Below, piece after piece: positions 20,735-31,500 of a stretch of 64,000 nt of DNA. Source of the stretch: a virus. How positions within the stretch are numbered: the stretch's first letter is position 1; each line of letters opens with the position of its first letter. Both the position numbers and the translations under genes were made by a program. The stretch lies in IMG/VR virus record IMGVR_UViG_3300047471_000189, positions 1-64,000 of that record; one strand, 5' to 3'. Below the pieces are notes generated by a model. That model did not search any database. It saw nothing but the letters and a program-made list of their open reading frames with translations, and was not told the origin of the DNA.

Positions 20735-21244
20735 ATGAAGACCAAGATCATGCTGGCTCTGTTGATGGTGTGTGTCGCTGCCGGGGCGCAGGGTACCGAC
20801 TCCAAAGTAAACAAGAAAGTCCGGTCCTGTGAGAAGCGGAACTGGCCGGTCGACGACTCTGTCTGCCACGGGTACGCGCTCGCGATGGCTCATGAGTATT
20901 ACGTTGAGCATCCTGATTTCTTTGCGGCCCCGAAGCCGCCTGTTACACAACCGGACCTTTCTATCAACGGAGCAGGACCGATCACATACGGTCAGATATC
21001 CGGCGGTAGCCTCAACATCACCTATCCCGAAACCCCGGCACTGATCTGCGATAAGTATCAGCATGTCGAGGCGTCGTATGTCTCTATGGATGGAGATCAG
21101 ATGACCTATCACCCGAGCCGGTGCGTAGACGATATTCACATGGTCACTGAAAAGGAGTGGCAGGAGTTGACGGAGCGGCTCAAGACCTTTTGGTACATCG
21201 GTCAAGGGTTGACGACCAACGTAAGTACCGGGGGAGCGAAATGA
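20735..21244 (+). CDS. secreted hypothetical protein (signal peptide, paired Cys)
   Basis: MKTKIMLALLMVCVAAGAQG after RBS GAGGAGG. Confidence 0.6.
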   Translation: MKTKIMLALLMVCVAAGAQGTDSKVNKKVRSCEKRNWPVDDSVCHGYALAMAHEYYVEHPDFFAAPKPPVTQPDLSINGAGPITYGQISGGSLNITYPETPALICDKYQHVEASYVSMDGDQMTYHPSRCVDDIHMVTEKEWQELTERLKTFWYIGQGLTTNVSTGGAK

Positions 21245-21406
21245 AGATTTCCGACTCAATGGTACAGAAGCTCAAGGAATGTGCGGCCCAAGAGATGGCT
21301 CGCAGCATTCACGTAGAGGACCAGAAAGTGTACGCCCGTGGGGTAGCCGACGGAGCCACTGTTCTCGCACAAACGATACTTGAAAATTTGGAAGAGGAGA
21401 CCCCAG

Positions 21407-22702
21407 TTGCCGAATAATCCAGTACAGGACTCCATTAAGCAGAGAGTTGTTGACCTGAAGGCAATGCACCCGGACTGGTCGAGCCGAAAGATTGCGAAGT
21501 TGATCGGTATTCACCACAAGACAGTGAACCGGATTTTGAAGCTGGCAAACTTCGCTCAAGAGATCTCCGAATTCGAGGAACTCAGCCAAGTGACTGAACC
21601 CTCTCGGACCTTGTCAGAAACTTGCGAGGTCAAGGGAGACAACTGGACCATCACCCTTCCTAAAACACGTATCCACACCTTGGAAGAATTGCTTGAGTAT
21701 TTCAAAGTCGACATCCTTATCTGGGAAGTCGAGAGATTCGTCTGCAACAAATGGGAGATGGCGTACAAGGATAAGGATGACAACGCGAAAGTCGAGCCGT
21801 TGTTCCAAGTTAAGGCTTTCCTCAAGAAGAAGAAAGACGTAGAATCCGTTCTCAAAGAAATTGAGGAATTAAAGGAACAAGCGAAAACACACGCCCCAGA
21901 AGCCCCCTTCGTTGTCCAGACCGCTTCGTCCGATTTGATGTTAGAAATCAACTTCCCAGACGCCCATTTGGGCAAGCTGGCTTGGGGAGTTGAGACCGGT
22001 CACGGAAACTACGACGTCAAGATAGCGGAGCAAGTTTATTGGACGGCTCTAGAAACTATTCTGCAAAGGGTTGAGCCGCATAATTTCGATCATATACTTT
22101 ACGTGGTAGGAAACGACCTACTCAACTCGGATGACATTGAGGGCCGCACGACTTCTGGGACGTACGTAAGCTCAGACGCTCGGTATCACAAGACCTTCGG
22201 GGCCGTCCGGAACTTGATGGTAAAGTCTATCGAGCGGTTGCGTCAGATCGCTCCGGTGAAGGTAATGATCGTAAGTGGTAACCACGATCAGCTTTCTTGC
22301 TGGCACATGGGGGACTCGCTGGAATGCTTCTTCCATAACTACGGGGATGTCCAGATCGACAATCTTCCCCGGTCCCGAAAGTATCACGAATTCGGTAACG
22401 TGGGTTTGATGTTTACTCATGGGCACAAGGGGAAGCGGACGGACTACCCGGCCCTGATGGCTGCGGAACAGCCCCAGATGTGGGGAAGGACCAAATACCG
22501 CGAGTGTCACACCGGTCACCTTCACATGACCAAAACCGACGAACAGCATGGGTTCCGGACGAGGATTCTACCTTCGTTGACTGCTCCCGACGACTGGCTG
22601 TCCACGAACGGATTTGTTGGCAACCTTCGGAACGCAGAAGGGTACATCTGGTCAAAGCAAGAAGGGTTGATCGGACAGGTGTACTACACGGTACCGGAAT
22701 AG
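21407..22702 (+). CDS. HTH + calcineurin-like metallophosphoesterase
   Basis: N-terminal HTH SSRKIAKLIGIHHKTV; DAHLG, GNDLL, GNHD, THGH, GHLH motifs. Confidence 0.85.
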   Translation: MPNNPVQDSIKQRVVDLKAMHPDWSSRKIAKLIGIHHKTVNRILKLANFAQEISEFEELSQVTEPSRTLSETCEVKGDNWTITLPKTRIHTLEELLEYFKVDILIWEVERFVCNKWEMAYKDKDDNAKVEPLFQVKAFLKKKKDVESVLKEIEELKEQAKTHAPEAPFVVQTASSDLMLEINFPDAHLGKLAWGVETGHGNYDVKIAEQVYWTALETILQRVEPHNFDHILYVVGNDLLNSDDIEGRTTSGTYVSSDARYHKTFGAVRNLMVKSIERLRQIAPVKVMIVSGNHDQLSCWHMGDSLECFFHNYGDVQIDNLPRSRKYHEFGNVGLMFTHGHKGKRTDYPALMAAEQPQMWGRTKYRECHTGHLHMTKTDEQHGFRTRILPSLTAPDDWLSTNGFVGNLRNAEGYIWSKQEGLIGQVYYTVPE

Positions 22703-22709
22703 GAGAAAC

Positions 22710-23537
22710 ATGAGCACACCGCTTGTAATCTATCACGGCAACTGTCAGGACGGGTTTACCGCCGCTTGGGCTATCTGGAAGAAGTTTCCGGACTTTGAAT
22801 TCTACCCCGGAAAGTATCAGGAAACTCCTCCAGATGTATCAGGTCGAGATGTATTCTTCGTCGACTTCTCTTATAAGCGCCCAGTAATTCTGGAGATGGC
22901 GGCAAAGGCGAATTCGATCACGATCTTAGATCATCACGCCTCAGCGGAGAAGGACCTTGTCGATCTACCTGAAAATGTGTTCGTAATTTTCGATATGGAA
23001 CGCTCCGGTGCCCGTATAACGTGGGAGTTTTTTCATAGCAAAGAAGAGGTCCCGGCTCTCGTAAAGTACGTCGAGGACCGAGACCTGTGGAGATTCAAGT
23101 ACGAGGAAACCAAATCACTTTCTGCGTATTTGTTCAGCTTCGAGTACAGCTTTGCTATCTGGGATCAGGCCGTCCGAATAATGGACGATCTTAATAGGAG
23201 GAACGCTGCCGAGTTACAAGGACAGTCGATTCTCCGCAAGCAAGCCAAGGACATCGACGAACTTCTCCAGAACAAGTTTCGGATGACCATCGGCGGCACA
23301 GAAGTATGGTCGGCGAACCTGCCGTATACCTTATGCTCTGAAGCCGGACACATCTTGTCCAAAGGAGAGCCCTTCGCTGCGACATTTTACCTAGACGGAA
23401 AGTCGGCTATCTTTAGTCTTCGATCTGCTGAGGACGGAATCGATGTATCAGAGGTTGCCAAGAAGTATGGGGGCGGGGGCCACAAACACGCCGCAGGATT
23501 CAAGGTACCTTCACCTGTAGCATGGGAGTTAAAATGA
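22710..23537 (+). CDS. DHH/DHHA1 phosphoesterase (NrnB-like)
   Basis: YH.NC.DG, VDFS, LDHH, EDRDLW, SLRS, GGGGHKHAAGF. Confidence 0.9.
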   Translation: MSTPLVIYHGNCQDGFTAAWAIWKKFPDFEFYPGKYQETPPDVSGRDVFFVDFSYKRPVILEMAAKANSITILDHHASAEKDLVDLPENVFVIFDMERSGARITWEFFHSKEEVPALVKYVEDRDLWRFKYEETKSLSAYLFSFEYSFAIWDQAVRIMDDLNRRNAAELQGQSILRKQAKDIDELLQNKFRMTIGGTEVWSANLPYTLCSEAGHILSKGEPFAATFYLDGKSAIFSLRSAEDGIDVSEVAKKYGGGGHKHAAGFKVPSPVAWELK

Positions 23538-23899
23538 AACTTATCAGAAAGATCGCAGCTTGGGTTTTGAAGGATAACGTGTTGGGTTACTGTATGCAGC
23601 AAGACATGGATTCCGGATGGATATATGGCGAGGGATGGCATCTTAACTTCGGAAGGGGGACAGAAAAATGAGAGACCCACGCGCTTTTGAAATATGGCTT
23701 TCGTGGCTGAAGGATTTGGGTGGAAGCTACACCCCTGTCCGAAACCTCGATGAACCCAAACCCCCAACCGGTCGACGGGACCCGGACAAAAAACCTCGCC
23801 AGTACGAACTTGGAGAAAAATACGGTATCAATTCCAACGGAAGTGTGATACGATTAGAAATTAAACCATAACTTTCCATTATTCGGACCGGAGGGAAAC

Positions 23900-24220
23900 G
23901 TGTCGAGAGGGATGGGAAAAGCGAGACGCCGTCACCTTTACCAAAAGCAGAAGGGGAAGTGCTTCTGGTGTGGGGGTACCTGCCTCGATGTTAGGATCGG
24001 AGGTAGCTTCTCGGACATATTCACCGTCGATCACATCGTCCCTCGTTCGAGGGGAGGAAGCAACGAGTGGGGCAACTTGGTTGGGGCCTGTTACTCCTGT
24101 AATGCAAAACGAAACGAAATCGAAATCAAGTTGGATTCTGTCCGGAAATTTTACGACTACTTCAAGAAGCAGCCCCTGCATATGTTTCCCGTGGATCACC
24201 CAGAAGATGTACGAAACTAA
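23900..24220 (+). CDS. HNH endonuclease
   Basis: CFWCG, TVDHIVPRSRGGSN..NLV.AC.SCN. Confidence 0.85.
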   Translation: MSRGMGKARRRHLYQKQKGKCFWCGGTCLDVRIGGSFSDIFTVDHIVPRSRGGSNEWGNLVGACYSCNAKRNEIEIKLDSVRKFYDYFKKQPLHMFPVDHPEDVRN

Positions 24221-24232
24221 ATTGGAGGAACC

Positions 24233-24652
24233 ATGAAGGTCTACTTAGCCTCACGATACCCACGACGGAAAGAGTTGTCGGCTCTGGTACCTCTTCTCAA
24301 GGAGCACAACATTTCCGTCACCAGCCGGTGGTTAAACGAGACCCTGTCTCCAAACACAACCCTGCACGAGGTGTCCCCAGCTTTCTGCCTAGAGACCGCC
24401 CTAATCGATCTCGAAGATATTGACCGAGCAGACACAATCGTATTCTTCTCCGAGGACCCGCTGATCGGAACTCCCCGGGGAGGCAGACACGTTGAGTTCG
24501 GGTACGCTTTAGCCAAGGGAAAAAGAATTATAGTCCTCGGTGGGAATGAGAATATATTCCATTTCCTGCCGCATATCATCCATTACTCAACCATACAAGA
24601 CTTCTTGGAAGCGGAGGGGATACCAAATGAAACTGCTGTCGATGCCGACTGA
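24233..24652 (+). CDS. nucleoside 2-deoxyribosyltransferase-like protein
   Basis: VYLAS, DLEDIDRAD, GGRHVEFGYALAKGK. Confidence 0.75.
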   Translation: MKVYLASRYPRRKELSALVPLLKEHNISVTSRWLNETLSPNTTLHEVSPAFCLETALIDLEDIDRADTIVFFSEDPLIGTPRGGRHVEFGYALAKGKRIIVLGGNENIFHFLPHIIHYSTIQDFLEAEGIPNETAVDAD

Positions 24653-24935
24653 GGCTGCGGAACGTAAGAAGATTCCAATTTGGTCGGGGTTGTTCAAATA
24701 CTTTCCGGACGCACTCATCGAAGTGGCTCGGCTGTCCTACATCGGAAACGAGCAACACAACCCGGGTGAACCCCTTCATTGGGCCCGGGAGAAGTCGGCG
24801 GATCAGGAAGACACACTGCTCCGGCACCTGATGCAGTCGGACGAAATAGATACAGACGGAGTCCCCCATATCATCAAGGCGACGTGGAGATGTCTGGCAG
24901 CCAGCCAGTTGTTCTTGGAGTCACAGAAAAAGTAA
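24627..24935 (+). CDS. dATP/dGTP diphosphohydrolase-like protein (DUF5664 type)
   Basis: FPDALIEVARLS..GN.QHNPG..LHW...KS.D..D.LLRHL...DG..H...AxWR.LA. Confidence 0.7.
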   Translation: MKLLSMPTEAAERKKIPIWSGLFKYFPDALIEVARLSYIGNEQHNPGEPLHWAREKSADQEDTLLRHLMQSDEIDTDGVPHIIKATWRCLAASQLFLESQKK

Positions 24936-24951
24936 TTTGTAACGAACACAA

Positions 24952-24979
24952 AAATGCCCCGGTTTTGGCCGGGGCGTTT
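24952..24979. terminator. probable bidirectional intrinsic terminator between convergent arms
   Basis: AAATGCCCCGG-TTTTGG-CCGGGGCGTTT with A/T flanks at the strand switch. Confidence 0.75.
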
Positions 24980-24990
24980 CTGTCTATGGA

Positions 24991-25530
24991 CTACTTCTTG
25001 TCTGGTTTCTTCTTGGGTATCTGTTTTGCGCGTTCGTCAAAAAGAACTTTCCCGTTGGGGGCGATAAGCTGATCTTTGTCGTTCCACGTTGGTCCGCCCG
25101 GTTTTGCGTAGATGGACTCTCCCGAAAATGACTCGTGATACGGAGTCTTCCATGCGTCATTAAAGTGCAGACGATGGTCGTTGGGATTTACCTGTTGAAC
25201 AGCCCGGGGATCACCGGCCTGACCCGCCTTGAACCAACCACGATAATCATAACCGGCGTGAGGGGAGTCCGGGTCATCCATGCCGGGATGGGCGGTGCTA
25301 TACGACTTCCACCATTGCCGGAACTGCTGTTCGTCTTTCGGTGGCAACGTAGTGACGTATGGTCCCGGTTTCGCGTACTGAGCTTGCCAAGGTGGGGGCT
25401 GGGGCTGGGTGGGAGCGTCTGGAACGTACCCGGTCGGTGGAGTTACGTCTAGCTTGTAACCCACCGGGGGTATAGGAGTCGACGGAAGAGTTTGAACTTC
25501 CGCGAGTTGTCCATTATCTGGACTATCCAT
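24991..25530 (-). CDS. hypothetical protein, probably virion-associated
   Basis: Coupled to the giant gene; Pro-rich N-terminus, YDYRG and KTPYHESFS..S.YA segments. Confidence 0.55.
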   Translation of the reverse strand: MDSPDNGQLAEVQTLPSTPIPPVGYKLDVTPPTGYVPDAPTQPQPPPWQAQYAKPGPYVTTLPPKDEQQFRQWWKSYSTAHPGMDDPDSPHAGYDYRGWFKAGQAGDPRAVQQVNPNDHRLHFNDAWKTPYHESFSGESIYAKPGGPTWNDKDQLIAPNGKVLFDERAKQIPKKKPDKK

Positions 25531-28500
25531 TTACAGCCTCTCCCGTTTGGTGATCGAACCAGTTCTGTCCGTCATCAGATCCAACCCTGTGTCCGGTCTG
25601 GGGGTGGGTTGCCGTGTAGAGGTAGGCAACCTCCTTCTGGAGAGGAGACTGTGCGGTCGGAGGAGGAGTATAGGACGACTGCGGTTGAGGAGCGGCCTGC
25701 TGTTGTTGCTGCGGGATCATTCTCATGAACCGGTTGAACGTCGGGTCCTTCGCCCGCTCGGCTGGGGTCATCTCCTTCTTCACCTTGTTCAGGTAACGCT
25801 TCTGGACCTGTAGGGTCAAGGTAGCGAGGGCTGCCTTCTCCTGCGGGTTCAGAACGTCGTACAGCTTCAAGTACTCAGCCGCCGGTAACCGGGCCGCTCT
25901 GGTGTAGAGAGAAGCCATGTCCGGGGGAATGCCTTGGGTCTTCTTGAAGTTGTTCTGGATCTGCTTCAGTTCCGATTCCTTCAACTGGTCCGTCTGGTAG
26001 GTAAGCTTGACCAAGTCGGGCCACGTGATTTGTCCGGAACGTAGCTGGTCCTCTAGCTGCATCACTCTGCGGTGGCGAGCCATCTGGGTTGAATCGACGG
26101 GACCATCCTCGTTGTGGTTGGAGGCAAGTTCTGCCGCCAGCTTCTGAGCCGGGGTGTTATAGACCTGTGCCGTGCCTCCGGAGGCTTTCCATGCTTGGCC
26201 GAGGTTTCCGATTTCAGGACCGGTGCCAGTTACCGCTTGTCCGATACTCTGGGCAGCGATAGGAGCCATGTTCCTGAAGATGTCGACCCACATGTCTTCC
26301 GGCGCGAGCTTGCGGCCAAACTGGTCGCGCTGGGTAAGGAGTTCCTGACCCATACGGACAGTTGGGGACAACCGGCCCTTGATGAAGCCAACAGGATCGT
26401 CTGCGGCGTGGAGCAAGTCGGTTGGGAGGGTACGGATTCCGAAGATGGTTTCCTTGCCTTCCTTGTTCTTTACGGCCAGTCCGAACGGAGCTTCGTAGTG
26501 AGCGTTGCCTGTGGTAAGCAGGTTCAACACACGGGCAATTCCCCAGAGTCCGAGAGCCATCTTGGCAACCTGAGCCCTGCCTAGTCCCCCTTCATCACGG
26601 TTGAACAACCGGACTCCGGAACGCATTTCTGATTCGAGCCAGTCAGGAGCGAGCAGCATCAAGCGGCCCCAGTCCTGTGTGGTCGCGCTGCGGCCCATAG
26701 CCTTCCAGTTGATTCCACCGAAGCTGTCGTTGGCGTGAGTTGCCGCCATCTTGGCTACCTTGTCTGTGGACCACTCTGGGTGCAGGCGCTGGTATTCGTC
26801 GAACATGTGCTCGGCTGCCGTAGCCTTGATCGCCGGGATGTAGCGACGGAACAGCAGGTCTTGGAACCAGTCCATTGAGCCAGCCAATACCTTACCAACT
26901 CCGGGGATCATACGCAGGGCACCGCCTCCGGCAGATACGCCTTCGGAGTGTTCCTGCATGGCCCGGTAGTCAGTTCCGACGGTCAATCCCTGCTCGGCCA
27001 TCTTGTACATCTTGGTGGGCGAGTTCGGGTCCATCGGGTCGATCTTCGCTCCGTGGATCAAATCAGGTGCGTGCAGCGTGAACGGGTTGACCCCGGTCAT
27101 AACTCCGCGCAGAGCAATCTGCACCATGTGGAACGGAGACAACGAAAGCAACGTGTGCTTCAGTTTGGTTCCCGCTCCGAGCAATGCTTTGCCAACAGGG
27201 TTCTGGCCAATGGTCGACGGGTTCAGTCCGAGGCGATTCTTCAGGTACTCCGCGAATTCCGGGTGAACCTTGATGTCCGACCGGACGAGCACGCCGTTTC
27301 CGGCAGAGTCGTTGGTGACGAAGTTCCACCCCTTCATCGCCCCGTTGTCGAGACTGATGTAGTCCTGCGGGTCCCAAGCATATTTCTTGGGTTGCGCGTC
27401 GTTGAACTCCTTCAATCCAGAGAAGTCGTTGTTGTTGAGCATCGACTTCAGATACATGAGATCAGTCCTGAGTTTGTTGTTACCGACCTGATCGTACTGA
27501 GCTTCCTTAGACTCCGCCCTGTCTTCGAGGCGTGCGATAGCGGCCCGAATGTTACCCGGGTGAACGTAGGGAGTAATATCCTTTAGAGTCCCGTCCGCTA
27601 TGAACCGGTCGAAGTCTCCGTTCTTCTTGAGTCCCCTTACCATGTCGTCGGACAAGTTGATCTTCCGGACGCGGTTCGGGTCGATGAACGTTTTCGGGTC
27701 TTCCCCGTTCTGTCCAGTTACAACGCGACCTGTTCCGGATAGAACGACTGCCGGGCGACCGTCTGATGCACGGGTTCCTGCGTCACGCAGCTTGTCAATC
27801 AACTGCCGATTAGCGGCAGCCTTGATAAGCTGGGCCCGGCCCTGTGCCGTGGTCTGGACCGGGTCAAGGAATAACTCTTTTGGAGACTTGAGCAGAGCGG
27901 TAACCGTAGAATCGTACACGCGCTGCCGGGCCATGTTCACGTCGGTCGCGAACTTACCCTGCTTGGAATCGGACAGAATAAGTTTACCTTTCGGGTTCTC
28001 GTCCTTGTAGACGCGGGTCATGTAGTCTTCGATGTGGTTATGGAGCAGGTCGTTCGCTGAACCGAGTTGCCAGTTCTTGTCCTGCTCGTCCCTCAAGTAT
28101 TTGGCTGTCTGGAGCACTCGGTCGGGAGACGTACCGCTGGCCACGCGCTCGTACGCACGGATCACGCGGTCCTTATATTCCTTGGGCATGTTCTTGAACT
28201 TGTTGTCCCGGATCATGTCATCGATATTCGACGGTAGTCCATTATCTGGACCACCACGGGCGAACAACGGCTGCCCCTGCTTGAGTACGGACTCACGCAT
28301 GGAATCGGTGATTGGGAAGTAGGGAACGGATTTTGACTCCGGGACGGCCATGTTCATTTTGCCGCCAAGTTTTTCGGCCAGTGCTAGACTACCGTTACGC
28401 CGCATTGCGTCTTCGAAGGAGTACCCGGACAGCTTCATATCATTGGCTATTGCCTGTGCCTGATGAGGCAGGGAGACAGGCCCACCTTCTTTAAGCCACT

Positions 28501-31500
28501 TATTCCCCATTTTAATTAGTTCGAGAGAATCATATGACGGACCTTCGTACGTCCATTCGGAACGACCAATAGAAGGAGGAAGGTCGATCTTCGTCTCCCC
28601 AACCTTAGCTCCAAACTGTTTTCCAAGTTTGTTGGCTAGGTCTGGGACGATTTTGTCGTAGAAGCCACGCATACCTTCGCCGCCGACTTTGAGGTCAACA
28701 CCTGAAAGCTCGTGACTGGCTAAGTGTCTAAGTTCTACAAACCACCTATTTTCCTTACCACCAACTTCGGAAACCATTATGCTTTCGCGGGGGTTTCCTT
28801 CGTTGAGTCTTCGGTCTGGGTGTAGAATAACTTCGACTGGCTTCCCGTCAGGGTTTCCGCTAGGGGGAACCATCGCCCGATCCCCGTCCTTCATAGTATC
28901 TGTATCGACACGGGGGGTCCGGAGAAGCTTGTTTGCTGCCTCTTTGCCAATATAGTCAGGAAGTTTTTCAGGAGACGAGTTTTCTGTAAGGATTTGATTT
29001 CCGGAGTGATCGAAGGCCCGGAGTGTTCCGTCTACCGGAGCATACGTAACCCGGCTAATCTGCTTCGACAAATCATACCGAGTGGCTTGGTCTTCTCCCG
29101 GTGTCCACAAAACTCCGTCATACCCGTGTTCCGCAGCGTACCGGACCATCCTCTTCATTAAGAGTTCTGGCCATGTTTTCTTGAAGGGGGCGTCAGGGAC
29201 CCCGCCATTCTTTTTCTTATTGAGGCTCTCAAGTTCTCTATCGAGAGTCTCCATTCTAGAAGTTGCTTCGTTAAAAGCAGTACTGTCTTGCTCTTGGCGG
29301 TGATACGCTCTTTCCTCTGCCGCTACGTTTCTTTCTCTAGCTACCTGATAGCGTCGTTGTTCTTCCTCGGGGGTGAGTTCAGATTTGTACCCCTGTGTCC
29401 GTCCCTTCTGGTGCCAGTCGCTCTGCAACTCTTCGAGGTGCAACAGTTTTTCACCGTTGGGGCCGGTGCGGTCGTTGAAGCGGACGTGTCCTACTACGTT
29501 GGGTTCGTCCCAGTGAGAACTGCGGAAGTTTCCGTGTTCTTCGGTAGAGGAATTAGCGGTGTAGTCGTACTGCACTTGACCGTCTTCGTCCAAGTGAGAG
29601 CTAACATACCGATGCGCTTCCACCTCTGTTGGGAACGTAGCTAGAATTTTGTTCGGATTTGCTGGGTTATAAACGTGGAATCCGGACACTGTCTTCTGGG
29701 GCAGCGTCAACAGCATCTCTCGGTAGTTCTCACCACCGGGAAGGGTGTAGGTGCCGAATTTAGGAGCGTCGTGGGGTTGATCTCGGTGGTCCATCAAGCG
29801 GTGGAGGGCCGCTCGTTCCAACTCTCCGATGCGGGTAACCTCTTCGTAGTCCGCTTTGGCTCCGGAAGCTTCTGCCTTTTTCATAGCTTCCGAGCGTTCA
29901 TCTCCGAGGCGGAAGTAGTCGTTTCTTAGAGCTTCTTCTCTTCCTGCATCCGCGCCCTTCGTAACTTCCTGCACCTGTAGGTTATTAGCTGCCAAGTACT
30001 GCCGGACTTCGTCCGGGCGCACCGGTTCCTTCCCCTTCGAGCGGAGGAATTCGTCGAGACCGGTGTACTTCATTTCGTCCGGTTTTACGCCGTTGTTCTC
30101 CAGCATTTTCTGGACGGTGTCGGCGGGCATCGGTCCCTGCATCCGGGAGCCGATAATCTGGTTGGATTTCAGGTACCACTGCGGAGCGGGGTTGTCCCGG
30201 GCGTACAACGGTATGTACTTGGCACCGATTCCGGTACCGCCGCCGATATGCTGATCCATGTATGCCGGGTTGAAGTCTGTTGCCGCTCCAAAATCAAACG
30301 CGCTTTGCGGCCCGGACTTCGCTTCTAGGTGCCGCTGGATTGCCGAGTTGGCGCGGGCGGCTTCGAGTCGACCAGCCGCGTTAAGAAGTCGGTCAGAAAC
30401 TCCCGAAGTTTCTCCTTGGGCAGGGCGTTCGGGGACATAGGACTTGAGTTTTTCGTCGAAGGCATTTAGGTCTCCTCCTAATTTGGTTATGAGACCCCGA
30501 ATTTGGGGGTCATGTTGTAACAGGTCAGCGAAGTCCGCCGAATGCGCGGCCACGAGTTCTGGGGTCAGAAGACCCTGCTTCACGATCTGCTGTGGAGGTA
30601 TCCAGCGGTCGTTACCCCATCCGGACAGTTCGGCGAGGCTCTTGATGAAGCTCCACGCTGCGGCCTGAGCCTGACGCGGGGCTATCCCGTGCGCCTCTGC
30701 GGCTTCCCGGACCTTGGCGGACATCGAGTCGTAGACTGCGGGTTTGTTGATGCGGCCCGGGTCCTGACCGGCGAGCACAGCCATCCACGTGTCGTTAGTT
30801 ACGCGGTTGACATCCTCTCCGAGATTCTTGGTAAACGCCGAGACCTTGGGTCCCGATAGTGGTTCTCCTTGCAGAGCACGAATAGCGTTACCCAAACGCG
30901 ATTGTAAGTCTACGCCCCGGCGCATCATCTGGTAGAGCTTGGCCGATTTGTTTGGTTTCCCGTCTTTCCAGACAACATCGGTTGGGCGACCAGCCTTGTC
31001 CCACTTCGCCCATTGTTCAATGGCCATAACAAGGTTTGTCTTGACCGGCTGAACTGGGCTGAGAGCAGCGACGAAATTCAGGAACTTGTCTTTGTCCGCT
31101 GGGTGAAGGCGGTCGAATCCCGAATCAAGGAGGGCGTCGAACGCACGCGACGAACGCTCATACCACATCTGCCCGGCCCGGCCAGCCCTAACGGCGTCGG
31201 ACCATTCTTCTGCGTCAGGCAGTGAGTTGAATGCGGCGACTAGTGAGTTCTTCTTTTCGTCGGTGTTGTGTTTTGCTTGTTCCTCGTCGGTGAGGTATTT
31301 CTTGATGGAGTTCCAATCACGAGAGTAGAGACCCGAGAAGTTCTGGCGGAAGTAGTTCACACTGCCGTACGCCGGGGCAGCGTGTTGTCCGCGTCCTTCG
31401 TCCCAGTCCCTCAGCTTCCGGAGAATGGTATCCTTGTCTCCCGCCGAGGCGCTGAAGCCTTTTTCTCCTTTGGGGTGGATGAATTCGATTTGATAATGCT

